This document shows positions 10,295-20,301 of a DNA stretch of 45,681 nt, piece after piece. Positions within the stretch are counted from its first letter, which is position 1; each line of letters begins with the position of its first letter. Source of the DNA: a virus (Duplodnaviria > Heunggongvirae > Uroviricota > Caudoviricetes). The stretch lies in IMG/VR virus record IMGVR_UViG_2563366991_000003, one strand, 5' to 3'. Under the pieces are notes generated by a model, which was given only the letters and a program-made list of their open reading frames with translations, made no database searches and was not told the DNA's origin. Position numbers and translations under genes: made by a program.

Positions 10295-11056
10295 ATGGAG
10301 ACTGTTTTTGACGCACTGAAAGCAATGGGAAAAGCCACGTCGGTAGAACTGGCTGCGCGACTTGATATCAGTCGTGAAGAGGTACTGAACGAGCTGTGGG
10401 AGCTGAAAAAGGCTGGTTTCGTTGATAAAAGCGTATACACCTGGCGTGTGGCTGATAACAACGTTCAGCAGGAACAGCCAGAGCAGGCAGAACCGCCGGA
10501 AGAAACCACCACGGCAACAGTCGCGAAAATTTCGGAGTGCGATTTAACTGCGACGATTGAACAACGTGGACCACAAACGGCGGATGAGTTGGCTACATGG
10601 TTCGGTACCACATCACGCAAAGTGGCTTCAACGCTGGCAATGGCAATCAGCAAAGGTCGTCTGATTCGCGTTAATCAGAACGGTAAATTTCGTTACTGCA
10701 TACCGGGCGATAATTTACCAGCAAAGCCGAAAGCTGCATCGGTAACGGAAACTGATTTTAAAGCCTTTCCTCAGCCAGCAGATGTTGCGTTACCAGTACA
10801 GGAAGCTGCAACACAGGAAGATATTAAAACAGAAACTGTGGCGGACATTGTGCAGTCGCTGCCATCGTTTACTGAAACGCGAGCTGATGACCTGATTTTG
10901 CCATCGCTGCATATGGCAAACCGCGAACTGCGTCGGGCGAAAAATCATGTCCAGAAGTGGGAGCGAGTCTGCGCCGCGCTGCGGGAGCTGAACAAGCACC
11001 GGGATATTGTTCGACAGATTGCTGATTCTTCCCGCCGTGTTGTATCGGAAAAGTGA
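10295..11056 (+). CDS. Hypothetical phage protein (ydaW-like)
   Basis: ORF with GGAGG RBS before METVFDAL; the ORF-track start at 10244 overlaps ydaV. Confidence 0.45.
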   Translation: METVFDALKAMGKATSVELAARLDISREEVLNELWELKKAGFVDKSVYTWRVADNNVQQEQPEQAEPPEETTTATVAKISECDLTATIEQRGPQTADELATWFGTTSRKVASTLAMAISKGRLIRVNQNGKFRYCIPGDNLPAKPKAASVTETDFKAFPQPADVALPVQEAATQEDIKTETVADIVQSLPSFTETRADDLILPSLHMANRELRRAKNHVQKWERVCAALRELNKHRDIVRQIADSSRRVVSEK

Positions 11057-11071
11057 TTGCCGGAGGCGCTT

Positions 11072-11503
11072 ATGGCAAAAGTATTTACACAAGAAGAGCG
11101 GGAAAAAATTAAAGGGCAGGTTGTTGAGCTAGTACGCCGGAGTGGACGCGAGACGTTACGACAACTGGAGGCCAAGACAGGTGCGACAAGATATCTGATG
11201 AGCGTTCTCGCCAGAGAGCTGGTTGCCAGTGGCGATGTATACAACTCTGGTTACGGGTTATTCCCGTCTGAACAGGCTCGTAAGGACTGGCAAAATGCCC
11301 GCAAAAAACTATCCAGGGCAAAGGTGAAGAAACCATCTGTGGTTGATCCGGACCTTATCTGGTCATTACCAGACGGAGAAATACGCCGCTACGACAGGCG
11401 TCTGAACATAATCTGTCGCGAGTGCCGGAAGAGTGAAGTTATGCAGCGTGTGCTGGCGTTTTATCAGAATGGTTTTCGAGAGAGGCTTGGAGATCAGGGA
11501 TGA
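11072..11503 (+). CDS. Hypothetical phage protein
   Basis: ORF after ydaW-like gene; RBS GGAGG before MAKVF; normal backbone GC. Confidence 0.4.
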   Translation: MAKVFTQEEREKIKGQVVELVRRSGRETLRQLEAKTGATRYLMSVLARELVASGDVYNSGYGLFPSEQARKDWQNARKKLSRAKVKKPSVVDPDLIWSLPDGEIRRYDRRLNIICRECRKSEVMQRVLAFYQNGFRERLGDQG

Positions 11504-11696
11504 ATAGAACGATGAAGGATGGAAGCTACATATTCTCGGTACTAAGATTTATTTTTCTGACACAAAATGACCATTTGGCGTTACATAATCCCAAAAAAAC
11601 GTATCAAAAATCTCAAAATGCGTTACGATTAGAGAGTATTTTGATTCTGCGTGCTCATTTTTTGATTGCTGTGGCTTTTTGTTGTGGGAGTGTTGA

Positions 11697-12851
11697 ATGG
11701 ATTATTTATCAGAAGTGTTAAAAATCATTGAAGGTGCAACAAAGGCAAATGCTTCGATGGCTAGTAATTATGCTGGGTTGCTGGCAGATAAGCTCGAACA
11801 AAAAGGGGAGGTCAAGCAAGCCAGAATGATAAGAGAAAGGTTGCTTAGAGCTCCCCAGGCGTTGGCAGGAGCTCAAAGGGCTGGAGGTGGGATATCTCTG
11901 GGCTCATTACCGGTAGATATTGATAGTCGACTCAACACTGTTGATGTCAGTTATCCTAAATTAGACAGTTCAGAGATTTTTCTGCCTGCAGCAATCAGTA
12001 CCCGTGTTGAAGAGTTTATCACTAATGTTCAACGTTATGATGAGTTTGTTAAAGCTGATGCAGCATTGCCGAGTCGTATGCTCGTGTATGGAAAGCCAGG
12101 AACAGGTAAGACTATGTTATCTAAGTACATCGCTACCCGCTTAGATTTTCCACTTCTTACAGTGCGTTGCGATACTTTGATTAGTAGTTTATTGGGACAA
12201 ACCAGCAAAAATCTTAGACAGGTTTTCGATTATGTAATGCAGAGGCCATCAGTGCTTTTTTTAGACGAATTTGATGCTTTAGCTGGAGCAAGAGGTAATG
12301 AGAGAGATATAGGTGAGCTTCAGCGAGTTGTCATTTCACTATTGCAGAATATGGATGCGGCATCAGAGGATACGGTAATTATTGCCTCAACTAACCATGA
12401 GCAACTTCTGGATCCTGCAATCTGGAGGCGATTTAGCTTCAGAATTCCAATGCCTCTGCCTGACATACATCAGAGAGAGTTAATTTGGAAAAATCGTTTA
12501 AAGAATATGATATGTAGCGATCTAGATTTAAGTGATTTATCAAGAAAATCGGAAGGATTATCCGGAGCAATAATTGAACAGGTGAGCTTGGATGCACGTA
12601 GGGATGCAGTTATTGAAGGTGCAAGTGTGATAAATCACCATAAATTGTATAGGCGTTTGTATCTTGCTCAATCGCTTATGGAAGGTGTAAATTTAAGCAC
12701 TTACGAAGATGAAATTCGTTGGTTACGTTCTAAAGATAAAAAATTATTTTCTATCAGAGTTCTTGCTAATTTGTACAAACTTACATCAAGAGTAATTTCA
12801 AACATTCTGAAGGAGTCAGGAGCATATGAGCAGAAGGGGTACACAGTTTAG
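11697..12851 (+). CDS. AAA+ ATPase (IetA-like candidate)
   Basis: Walker A VYGKPGTGKT, Walker B VLFLDEFD, sensor-1 ASTNH, Arg-finger-like RRF; AT-rich codon usage distinct from flanking genes; GGGAG RBS. Confidence 0.85.
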   Translation: MDYLSEVLKIIEGATKANASMASNYAGLLADKLEQKGEVKQARMIRERLLRAPQALAGAQRAGGGISLGSLPVDIDSRLNTVDVSYPKLDSSEIFLPAAISTRVEEFITNVQRYDEFVKADAALPSRMLVYGKPGTGKTMLSKYIATRLDFPLLTVRCDTLISSLLGQTSKNLRQVFDYVMQRPSVLFLDEFDALAGARGNERDIGELQRVVISLLQNMDAASEDTVIIASTNHEQLLDPAIWRRFSFRIPMPLPDIHQRELIWKNRLKNMICSDLDLSDLSRKSEGLSGAIIEQVSLDARRDAVIEGASVINHHKLYRRLYLAQSLMEGVNLSTYEDEIRWLRSKDKKLFSIRVLANLYKLTSRVISNILKESGAYEQKGYTV

Positions 12852-13713
12852 TAACGCAAAAGTTACAAACCCAATGTTAAGAATCCCTTTTTCCAGTAGT
12901 GACTTGGGTGCAATAGTAAACGCTGGCGGTGGGGCAAAGGTATTGGTTGATGTAACAGCCGAATATAGACAAGGGCTAGTAAGAAATTTAACAACCAGTA
13001 AACATTATTTAGAATCCAAACTTTCAGAGTACCCTGGAAGCTTGGGTACTTTGGTTTTCAAATTAAGAGACCAGGGAATAGCCAAAACGCATAGGCCGAA
13101 CAAAATTGCTCAAGAGGCTGGATTGCAAAATGCCGGTCATGCCAAAATAGATGAAATGTTGGTTGCTGCTCATGCCGGCTGTTTTGACGTATTAGAGTCA
13201 GTCATTTTACATCGGAATATTAAAGCGATTTTGGCTAATCTAAGCGCGATTGAGCGCATTGAACCTTGGGATGAGAATAGGAAGGTTCCAGGAGGCACTG
13301 ATGGTTTGTTTGAATCATCAAACATCCTTGTACGACTATTTGAGTACACAGGTGAAGATGCAACTTACAACAACTATGAAAACGTTATTTCTATATTAGA
13401 ACAACACGGAGTTAAATATGATGAGATTAGACAAAAATGTGGTCTTCCCTTATTAAGGATAATGGATTTATCCCCAAATGATAGATATATATTAGACATT
13501 CTCATTGATTACCCGGGTATAAGAACGTTAATTCCTGAACCAAAATATTCAGCATTCCCGGTTAGTGTAAGTGATTCTGTTGGCATTGAAACAAATAGCT
13601 TTCCCGTACCATCAGAAGAATTACCCATTGTTGCTGTATTTGACACTGGGGTAAGCCCCATCGCGGCAACAATTACTCCTTGGGTAGTGAGGGTAATGAC
13701 TCCAACTTATTGA
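12826..13713 (+). pseudogene. S8 subtilisin-like serine protease, N-terminal fragment (IetS-like candidate) ending in IS1
   Basis: Start overlaps the ATPase stop by 26 nt with an AGGAG RBS; contains the catalytic Asp motif AVFDTGV just before the IS1 junction; the last 7 codons read into IS1. Confidence 0.8.
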
Positions 13714-14210
13714 TAGTGTTTTATGTTCAGATAATGCCCGATGACTTTGTCATGCAGCTCCACCGATTTTGAGAACGACAGCGACTTCCGTCCCAGCCGT
13801 GCCAGGTGCTGCCTCAGATTCAGGTTATGCCGCTCAATTCGCTGCGTATATCGCTTGCTGATTACGTGCAGCTTTCCCTTCAGGCGGGATTCATACAGCG
13901 GCCAGCCATCCGTCATCCATATCACCACGTCAAAGGGTGACAGCAGGCTCATAAGACGCCCCAGCGTCGCCATAGTGCGTTCACCGAATACGTGCGCAAC
14001 AACCGTCTTCCGGAGCCTGTCATACGCGTAAAACAGCCAGCGCTGGCGCGATTTAGCCCCGACATAGCCCCACTGTTCGTCCATTTCAGCGCAGACAATC
14101 ACATCACTGCCCGGCTGTATGCGCGAGGTTACCGACTGCGGCCTGAGTTTTTTAAGTGACGTAAAATCGTGTTGAGGCCAACGCCCATAATGCGGGCTGT
14201 TGCCCGGCAT
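13707..14210 (-). CDS. insB: IS1 InsB (made as InsAB' by frameshift)
   Basis: 167-aa ORF overlapping the insA 3' end in another frame, inside IS1. Confidence 0.9.
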
Positions 14211-14404
14211 CCAACGCCATTCATGGCCATATCAATGATTTTCTGGTGCGTACCGGGTTGAGAAGCGGTGTAAGTGAACTGCAGTTGCCATGTTTTACGG
14301 CAGTGAGAGCAGAGATAGCGCTGATGTCCGGCGGTGCTTTTGCCGTTACGCACCACCCCGTCAGTAGCTGAACAGGAGGGACAGCTGATAGAAACAGAAG
14401 CCAC
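14129..14404 (-). CDS. insA: IS1 InsA
   Basis: 91-aa ORF with Cys-rich zinc finger and HTH, inside IS1. Confidence 0.9.
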
Positions 14405-14459
14405 TGGAGCACCTCAAAAACACCATCATACACTAAATCAGTAAGTTGGCAGCATCACC

Positions 14460-15867
14460 GGTAGTGAGTAGGGAAACATACGTAATTCCTCCTGATACGA
14501 GTTATGAACATGGGACTATGGTGTCTTCATTGATATCAGGCGCTCATTTTTTAAATGACAATCATCCATGGATTCCTGATACAAAATCTAAAATCCATGA
14601 TGTTTGTGCCTTAGATGAAAATGGATCTTATATATCAGATTTAATTCTGAGGCTAGCAGATGCTGTAAATAAAAGACCAGATATAAAAGTCTGGAATTTG
14701 TCTTTGGGAGGCGGACCATGTAATGAGCAGACGTTTAGTGATTTTGCGATGGAGTTAGATCGGCTCAGCGATAAATTTGGTATTTTGTTTGTAGTTGCTG
14801 CAGGTAATTATGTAGATGAACCTATACGTACATGGCCAAATCCTGATCCGCTTGGAGGTGCTGATTTAATTTCCTCTCCTGGAGAGTCAGTCCGAGCACT
14901 AACAGTTGGTTCAGTTTCTCATATGGAAGCTAATGATGCTTTAAGTGAAATTGGAACACCGACACCATATACTCGTCGTGGCCCTGGGCCTGTATTTACT
15001 CCAAAGCCAGATATAATCCATGCTGGCGGTGGGGTTCATAGACCTTGGAATGTAGGAGCAAGCAGTTTAAAGGTCGTAGGGCCAGATAATAGGCTTTGCT
15101 CTAATTTTGGTACTAGTTTTGCTGCTCCAATTGTGGCAAGTTTAGCTGCGCATACATGGCAGAGAATAGCCACTAATACAGACTTTAATGTTTCACCATC
15201 ATTGATTAAAGCATTATTAATTCATTCCGCTCAATTATCTTCTCCTGATTACTCGCCAAGTGAAAGACGCTATTTGGGAGCGGGAATTCCTAATGAAGTT
15301 ATTGAGACCTTATATGATAGTGATGATAGGTTTACTCTGATTTTCCAAACATTCTTGGTTCCTGGGGTGAGGTGGAGAAAGGATAACTATCCCATACCAT
15401 CGGCACTTATTCAAAATGGAAAATTTAAAGGTGAGATTGTAATTACTGCTGCATATGCACCACCACTGAACCCTAATGCCGGCAGTGAATATGTTCGCGC
15501 GAACGTAGAGCTAAGTTTTGGCTTAATTGAGAATAATACTATAAAAGGAAAAGTGCCTATGGAAGGAGAAAACGGTCAATCTGGATATGAGAGAGCTCAA
15601 ATTGAGCATGGTGGAAAGTGGTCACCAGTAAAAATTCATCGCAAGGCATTTAATAAAGGAATTACTTCGGGTAACTGGGCTCTTCAGGCTAAAACAACGT
15701 TGAGAGCGAATGAACCGGCCTTAATGGAGCCTTTACCTGTAACTATTGTAGTAACTTTAAAATCATTAGATGGAAACACACAAGTTTATGCTGATGGCGT
15801 AAGAGCTTTAAATGCTAATAACTGGGCTCACTATCCATTGCCTGCTCGTGTGCCAGTTTCCGTATAA
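14460..15867 (+). pseudogene. S8 subtilisin-like serine protease, C-terminal fragment
   Basis: Same frame as the N-terminal fragment once IS1 and one repeat copy are removed (..TPWVV|SRETYVIPP..); His motif HGTMVSS, Ser motif GTSFAAP, and VAAGNY oxyanion region. Confidence 0.8.
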
Positions 15868-15881
15868 CAACTATATAAATC

Positions 15882-15910
15882 AAACCCGCTGTAGCGGGTT
15901 TGATTTATTT
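15882..15910 (+). terminator. Rho-independent terminator after the protease gene
   Basis: aacccgc-tgta-gcgggtt hairpin followed by a T-rich tract. Confidence 0.5.
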
Positions 15911-16280
15911 GTGGGTGTGTTTTATAAAAATACCGCCCATACACAACAAAATACAAAAAGTATTATAGATAAAAAAGGAACGTAATGTGCAGATTTGTTG
16001 TTTTCCATATTTACTCACCTTAATATGATTAACCCTGATAGGGTTGTTATTTCAGCGGTTTTCAAATGAGATATTATGGTGATCTGGCAGATTTGCATAA
16101 CATTAAAATTTAATTTGTTTAACCGCTTTTAATAATAAGCGTTGTTTGTATCCCAGCAATCTGTTTTTTGGTTTTTATTCCATTAAGGTGGGGCTTTACA
16201 CTGGAGCCAGTTTATTTATACTTCATACGTCAGCCTGAACAACTGGCATCTGCTGCGCTGCGCCATCGAGAGATTAAGAA

Positions 16281-16880
16281 ATGGCGCATATACAACTGGT
16301 CAAACAAACCTCTTCCGGATTACTTCTCCCGGCGACGCCGGAGAGTTGTGATTTTCTGCATCAAATCAAAATAGGCGAGTGGATACACGCAGACTTTAAG
16401 CGTGTGCGTAACTACGCATTCCACAAGCGTTTTTTCAAACTCCTGCAACTGGGATTCGATTACTGGACTCCGGTCGGTGGGGCGATCACGCCTCGCGAAC
16501 GAGAACTGCTGTCTGGTTTCGTTGATTACCTGTGCGAATCAGTTGGTCGGGAACACACGCCAGCCCTGAGTGATGCCGCAGAGCAATATCTGAATACAGT
16601 TGCGACACGCAGAACCCGGGATACGGCATTGCTAAAGTCGTTTGAGGCTTTTCGCGAGTGGGTAACCATTCAGGCTGGATTTTACACCGAACATTTTTAT
16701 CCGGACGGTAGCCGCGGGCGTCGGGCAAAATCTATCGCTTTTGCGAATATGGACGAAACCGAGTTTCAGCAGGTTTATAAATCTGTTCTGAATGTGCTGT
16801 GGAACTGGATTCTGTTCCGTAAATTTTCCTCTCCGGAACAAGTCGAAAATGTGGCCGCGCAGCTGCTGGAGTTTGCGTAA
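16281..16880 (+). CDS. Nin-region protein (DUF1367-like)
   Basis: 199-aa ORF between the replication and Q modules; family assignment from recall only. Confidence 0.45.
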   Translation: MAHIQLVKQTSSGLLLPATPESCDFLHQIKIGEWIHADFKRVRNYAFHKRFFKLLQLGFDYWTPVGGAITPRERELLSGFVDYLCESVGREHTPALSDAAEQYLNTVATRRTRDTALLKSFEAFREWVTIQAGFYTEHFYPDGSRGRRAKSIAFANMDETEFQQVYKSVLNVLWNWILFRKFSSPEQVENVAAQLLEFA

Positions 16881-17170
16881 TGGTGGATTTACGTAAAGCG
16901 GCGCGGGGGCGGATGTGCACCGTCAGAATTCTTGGCTACTGCAATCACGATCCGGAAACGTCTGTGCTGGCGCATTACCGACTGGCGGGAACGTGCGGAA
17001 CAGCGACAAAACCACACGATATGCAGGCGGCGATTGCCTGTAGCTCATGCCACGATTTAATCGACGGGCGGGTAAAAACAAGCGATTACACCAAAGAAGA
17101 TTTACGCCTGATGCATGCAGAAGGTGTTTTTCGCACGCAAGAAATCTGGAGAAAGGAAGGTTATTTATGA
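16880..17170 (+). CDS. YbcO-like Cys-rich protein (DUF1364, putative nuclease)
   Basis: 96-aa ORF with C..C...C..SSCHD Cys/His cluster; start overlaps the upstream stop. Confidence 0.5.
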   Translation: MVDLRKAARGRMCTVRILGYCNHDPETSVLAHYRLAGTCGTATKPHDMQAAIACSSCHDLIDGRVKTSDYTKEDLRLMHAEGVFRTQEIWRKEGYL

Positions 17171-17709
17171 TTTACCCAACAAATACAGGCAAAAGCGGGG
17201 AACACCTTCGTCTCACCACGCTGGAAAGTGTCTGGATTCAGGGAAAACTGCGCATGTGGGGGCGCTGGTCGTATATTGGCGGCGGTAAGACGGGGAATAT
17301 GTTCAACCAGTTGTTGGCCTCTAAAAAGCTGACAAAAACGGCAATTAACGAGGCGCTCCGGAGGATGAAAAAAGCAGGTCTGAACAAGTCTGAACTTGAG
17401 GCTTTTTTGCGGGATATGATTAACGGTAAGCAAAAGAGCTGGCTGGCGCATTGTACTGATGCAGAGGCGTTATGTATTGATCGGGTCATAAGTGAGGTGC
17501 TGGCAGAGCATCCAGGATTGATTAGCGTCCTTCGGCAACGGTATGAGGGGCGGGGGATGACCAAACGCAAAATGGCTGAATTGCTAAATGATGCACACCC
17601 AGAGTGGTGTTTTAGCACATGCGAAAAGCGAATTGCTAATTGGTTGGCCGTTGCTGAGTATGCGCTATACATTCCCATGCGAGAATCATTCGCTCAAAAA
17701 ACGGCTTGA
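17167..17709 (+). CDS. Putative late-gene antiterminator (Q-like) by position
   Basis: 180-aa ORF from MIYPTN with AGGAAGG RBS; last gene before the AT-rich late promoter region and lysis genes. The longer ORF-track start at 17047 overlaps the previous gene. Confidence 0.45.
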   Translation: MIYPTNTGKSGEHLRLTTLESVWIQGKLRMWGRWSYIGGGKTGNMFNQLLASKKLTKTAINEALRRMKKAGLNKSELEAFLRDMINGKQKSWLAHCTDAEALCIDRVISEVLAEHPGLISVLRQRYEGRGMTKRKMAELLNDAHPEWCFSTCEKRIANWLAVAEYALYIPMRESFAQKTA

Positions 17710-17794
17710 TTTTTTACGCATAAACTGCTTCAATTTTGCTACGCTTCGCAAAGCTGTATCGCGAGGCGAATCAAGCGCAATTAAACTTTAATAG

Positions 17795-17825
17795 AACCCG
17801 CCATCGAGCGGGTTTTGTTGTTTCT
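17795..17825 (+). terminator. Hairpin plus T-tract downstream of the Q-like gene
   Basis: cccgc-catcga-gcggg stem-loop followed by ttttgttgttt. Confidence 0.4.
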
Positions 17826-18062
17826 GTGGTGTGATATCAGAAACGACATTTAATCATCGCCTTCAAAATAAATTTATTTATATGTTGTTGTATATATTTT
17901 AAGTGAAAGTGAATTATTCACATAAAATAAAAACATATAAATAAATTTACATAACTTGACGCAAAGTGTTGTTGCGATTGGAATATTAAATCGTATTATC
18001 GAAAACGGTTCTGAGGGGGAACTCTTCTTTGCTCGGTGATATCGCTCCCCTGAAGAACCAAT

Positions 18063-18138
<76 letters not shown>

Positions 18139-18141
18139 TAT

Positions 18142-18216
<75 letters not shown>

Positions 18217-18574
18217 GAGAAACAAGCCTTATTGTATCGTGGCACTGGCGTATTTTTTATTACGTGGGGTGGGTTGTTTTAAAAAGACAATCCGTTCTCT
18301 GACTATGATTGGAGGTCGGTTGTAGTCACAGTGCTAATTTTTTTACGGCAGCAGAATGGTGCATTATCGGTGGAGATTTTGTATTTCCTGGCAGGGTCGG
18401 TGATGCATCATTCTGGTGTTGTAAAAGCACCGCAGAGGTGTTCCTCAGTGCGAGGGTGGTTTAGATAGTGGTTTGGCGGGGAATCACAATATCTGTTGTA
18501 GAGATGGATATTTCGGGAGGCACCCGACACCTCGATTCTTATTACAATAAAATGATTTATCTCATGCAGTGACC

Positions 18575-18601
18575 AACCGCCATATTTGGCGGTTTTTTTT
18601 A
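18575..18601 (+). terminator. Rho-independent terminator (tR'-like) upstream of the lysis genes
   Basis: ccgcca-tatt-tggcgg stem followed by an 8-T run. Confidence 0.5.
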
Positions 18602-18990
18602 TTCCTTCCTCAGGACAAAAAAAGACACGAGCATCCTGGAATACTCGTGGGACAAAGTCCTTTAGATAGCAATTTGCGAGAGGGTGAAAAAGTAGCGCGG
18701 TCGTCGGATTAAGACCGCGGGACAAAGTCCATGAAGAATAATAAGTATTGGCCCCCTTCTGGGGACATGTTCATACTACTAAGCTTCAGAAGTGGTTTAA
18801 ATCATCAAATTGACCTTAATTTTCGATAAGTCTTATTTCATTTCTTTGCGCCACATCTGGCGCGCATCAAATAACGCCACGCAAAGGGCATCTGCGGATG
18901 CCGGTGCTTTTGACGGGGTGTTTTTTACGGGCCGCTGGTGGCCATTTTTTGTTTCCATTACACAGCGCCCGCATCTGCGAGGTGGGGGTT

Positions 18991-19206
18991 ATGAAATCCA
19001 TGGATAAGTTAACAACGGGTGTCGCCTATGGCACCTCCGCAGGCAGTGCTGGCTACTGGTTTTTACAGTTGCTCGATAGAGTAACTCCGTCACAGTGGGC
19101 TGCAATCGGTGTGCTGGGTAGTCTGGTATTTGGCCTGCTGACGTACCTGACAAACCTTTATTTCAAGATTAAAGAAGATAAGCGCAAGGCTGCGAGAGGT
19201 GAATAA
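18991..19206 (+). CDS. Class II holin (phage 21 S-like) with dual start
   Basis: [26 protein letters not shown]... two TMDs and a charged C-terminus; Met1 and Met4 dual-start motif; GAGGTGGGGG RBS. The ORF-track start at 18898 is an upstream extension. Confidence 0.85.
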   Translation: MKSMDKLTTGVAYGTSAGSAGYWFLQLLDRVTPSQWAAIGVLGSLVFGLLTYLTNLYFKIKEDKRKAARGE

Positions 19207-19703
19207 TGCCTCCATCATTACGAAAAGCCGTTGCTGCTGCTATTGGTGGCGGAGCAATTGCTATAGCATCAGTGTTAATCACTGGCCCAAGTGGTAACGA
19301 TGGTCTGGAAGGTGTCAGCTACATACCATATAAAGATATCGTTGGTGTATGGACTGTATGTCACGGACACACCGGAAAAGACATCATTCCCGGTAAAACG
19401 TATACCGAAGCAGAATGCAAAGCCCTCCTGAATAAAGACCTTGCCACGGTCGCCAGACAAATTAACCCGTACATCAAAGTCGATATACCGGAAACAACGC
19501 GCGGCGCTCTTTACTCATTCGTTTACAACGTGGGTGCTGGCAATTTCAGAACATCGACGCTTCTTCGCAAAATAAACCAGGGCGATATCAAAGGCGCATG
19601 TGATCAGCTACGTCGCTGGACATATGCTGGCGGTAAGCAATGGAAAGGTCTCATGACTCGTCGTGAGATTGAGCGTGAAATCTGTTTGTGGGGTCAGCAA
19701 TGA
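19206..19703 (+). CDS. Endolysin (phage lysozyme with N-terminal signal-anchor)
   Basis: ATG overlaps the holin stop (TAATG); N-terminal hydrophobic Gly/Ala-rich anchor; lysozyme-like core. Confidence 0.85.
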   Translation: MPPSLRKAVAAAIGGGAIAIASVLITGPSGNDGLEGVSYIPYKDIVGVWTVCHGHTGKDIIPGKTYTEAECKALLNKDLATVARQINPYIKVDIPETTRGALYSFVYNVGAGNFRTSTLLRKINQGDIKGACDQLRRWTYAGGKQWKGLMTRREIEREICLWGQQ

Positions 19704-20164
19704 ACAGAGTAACCGCGATTATCTCCGCTCTGGTTATCTGCATCGTCGTCTGCCTGTCATGGGCTGTTAATCATTACCGTGATAACGCCATCGCCTACAA
19801 AGAACAGCGCGACAAAAATGCCAGAGAACTGAAGCTGGCGAACGCGGCAATTACTGACATGCAGATGCGTCAGCGTGATGTTGCTGCGCTCGATGCAAAA
19901 TACACGAAGGAGTTAGCTGATGCGAAAGCTGAAAATGATGTTCTGCGTGATGATGTTGCCGCTGGTCGTCGTCGGTTGCACATCAAAGCAGTCTGTCAGT
20001 CAGTGCGTGAAGCCACCACCGCCTCCGGCGTGGATAATGCAGCCTCCCCCCGACTGGCAGACACCGCTGAACGGGATTATTTCACCCTCCGGGAACGACT
20101 GGTAATGATGCAGGCCCAACTTGAAGGTGCTCAGCAATACATAACCGAGCAGTGTTTAAAGTAA
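19700..20164 (+). CDS. Rz i-spanin
   Basis: N-terminal TMD and coiled-coil body; start overlaps the endolysin stop. Confidence 0.8.
   Translation: MNRVTAIISALVICIVVCLSWAVNHYRDNAIAYKEQRDKNARELKLANAAITDMQMRQRDVAALDAKYTKELADAKAENDVLRDDVAAGRRRLHIKAVCQSVREATTASGVDNAASPRLADTAERDYFTLRERLVMMQAQLEGAQQYITEQCLK
19920..20105 (+). CDS. Rz1 o-spanin lipoprotein, embedded in the +1 frame of Rz
   Basis: Lipobox LVVVGC and proline-rich [18 protein letters not shown]; lies entirely within Rz. Confidence 0.8.
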   Translation: MRKLKMMFCVMMLPLVVVGCTSKQSVSQCVKPPPPPAWIMQPPPDWQTPLNGIISPSGNDW

Positions 20165-20301
20165 AATCTTAACTACAATATGATTCATTTTGATGATTGT
20201 TTCATAAGGAACAGTGAAGTAAGATCTAAGAGGAGTTAAATTTTATACAGTATAATCATAATATTGCAGCAAGGTGGTTATAATTGAAAGAATATTTAGA
20301 T

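Larger units (their letters stand above)
13692..14459 (-). mobile_element. IS1 insertion sequence (768 bp), inverted relative to the window
   Basis: Terminal inverted repeats GGTAATGACTCCAACTTATTGAT (13692-) and ATCAGTAAGTTGGCAGCATCACC (-14459); 9-bp direct repeat GGTAGTGAG at 13683-13691 and 14460-14468. Confidence 0.95.

Noticed and set aside
11500-11721. 73-aa ORF in the AT-rich leader before the ATPase
   Set aside because: Low-complexity translation in an AT-rich intergenic region; more likely the promoter and leader of the ATPase/protease cassette.
14446-14466. ORF-track Met start (MAASPVV) for the protease C-terminal fragment
   Set aside because: The start codon lies inside the IS1 terminal repeat; it exists only because of the insertion.
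18408-18725. 105-aa ORF on the - strand
   Set aside because: Spans terminator and stem-loop sequences in the late leader and is antisense to late transcription; no RBS.
18217-18990. Shiga toxin or other toxin cargo between the tRNAs and the holin
   Set aside because: No ORF of suitable size, signal peptide or RBS is present in this slot.
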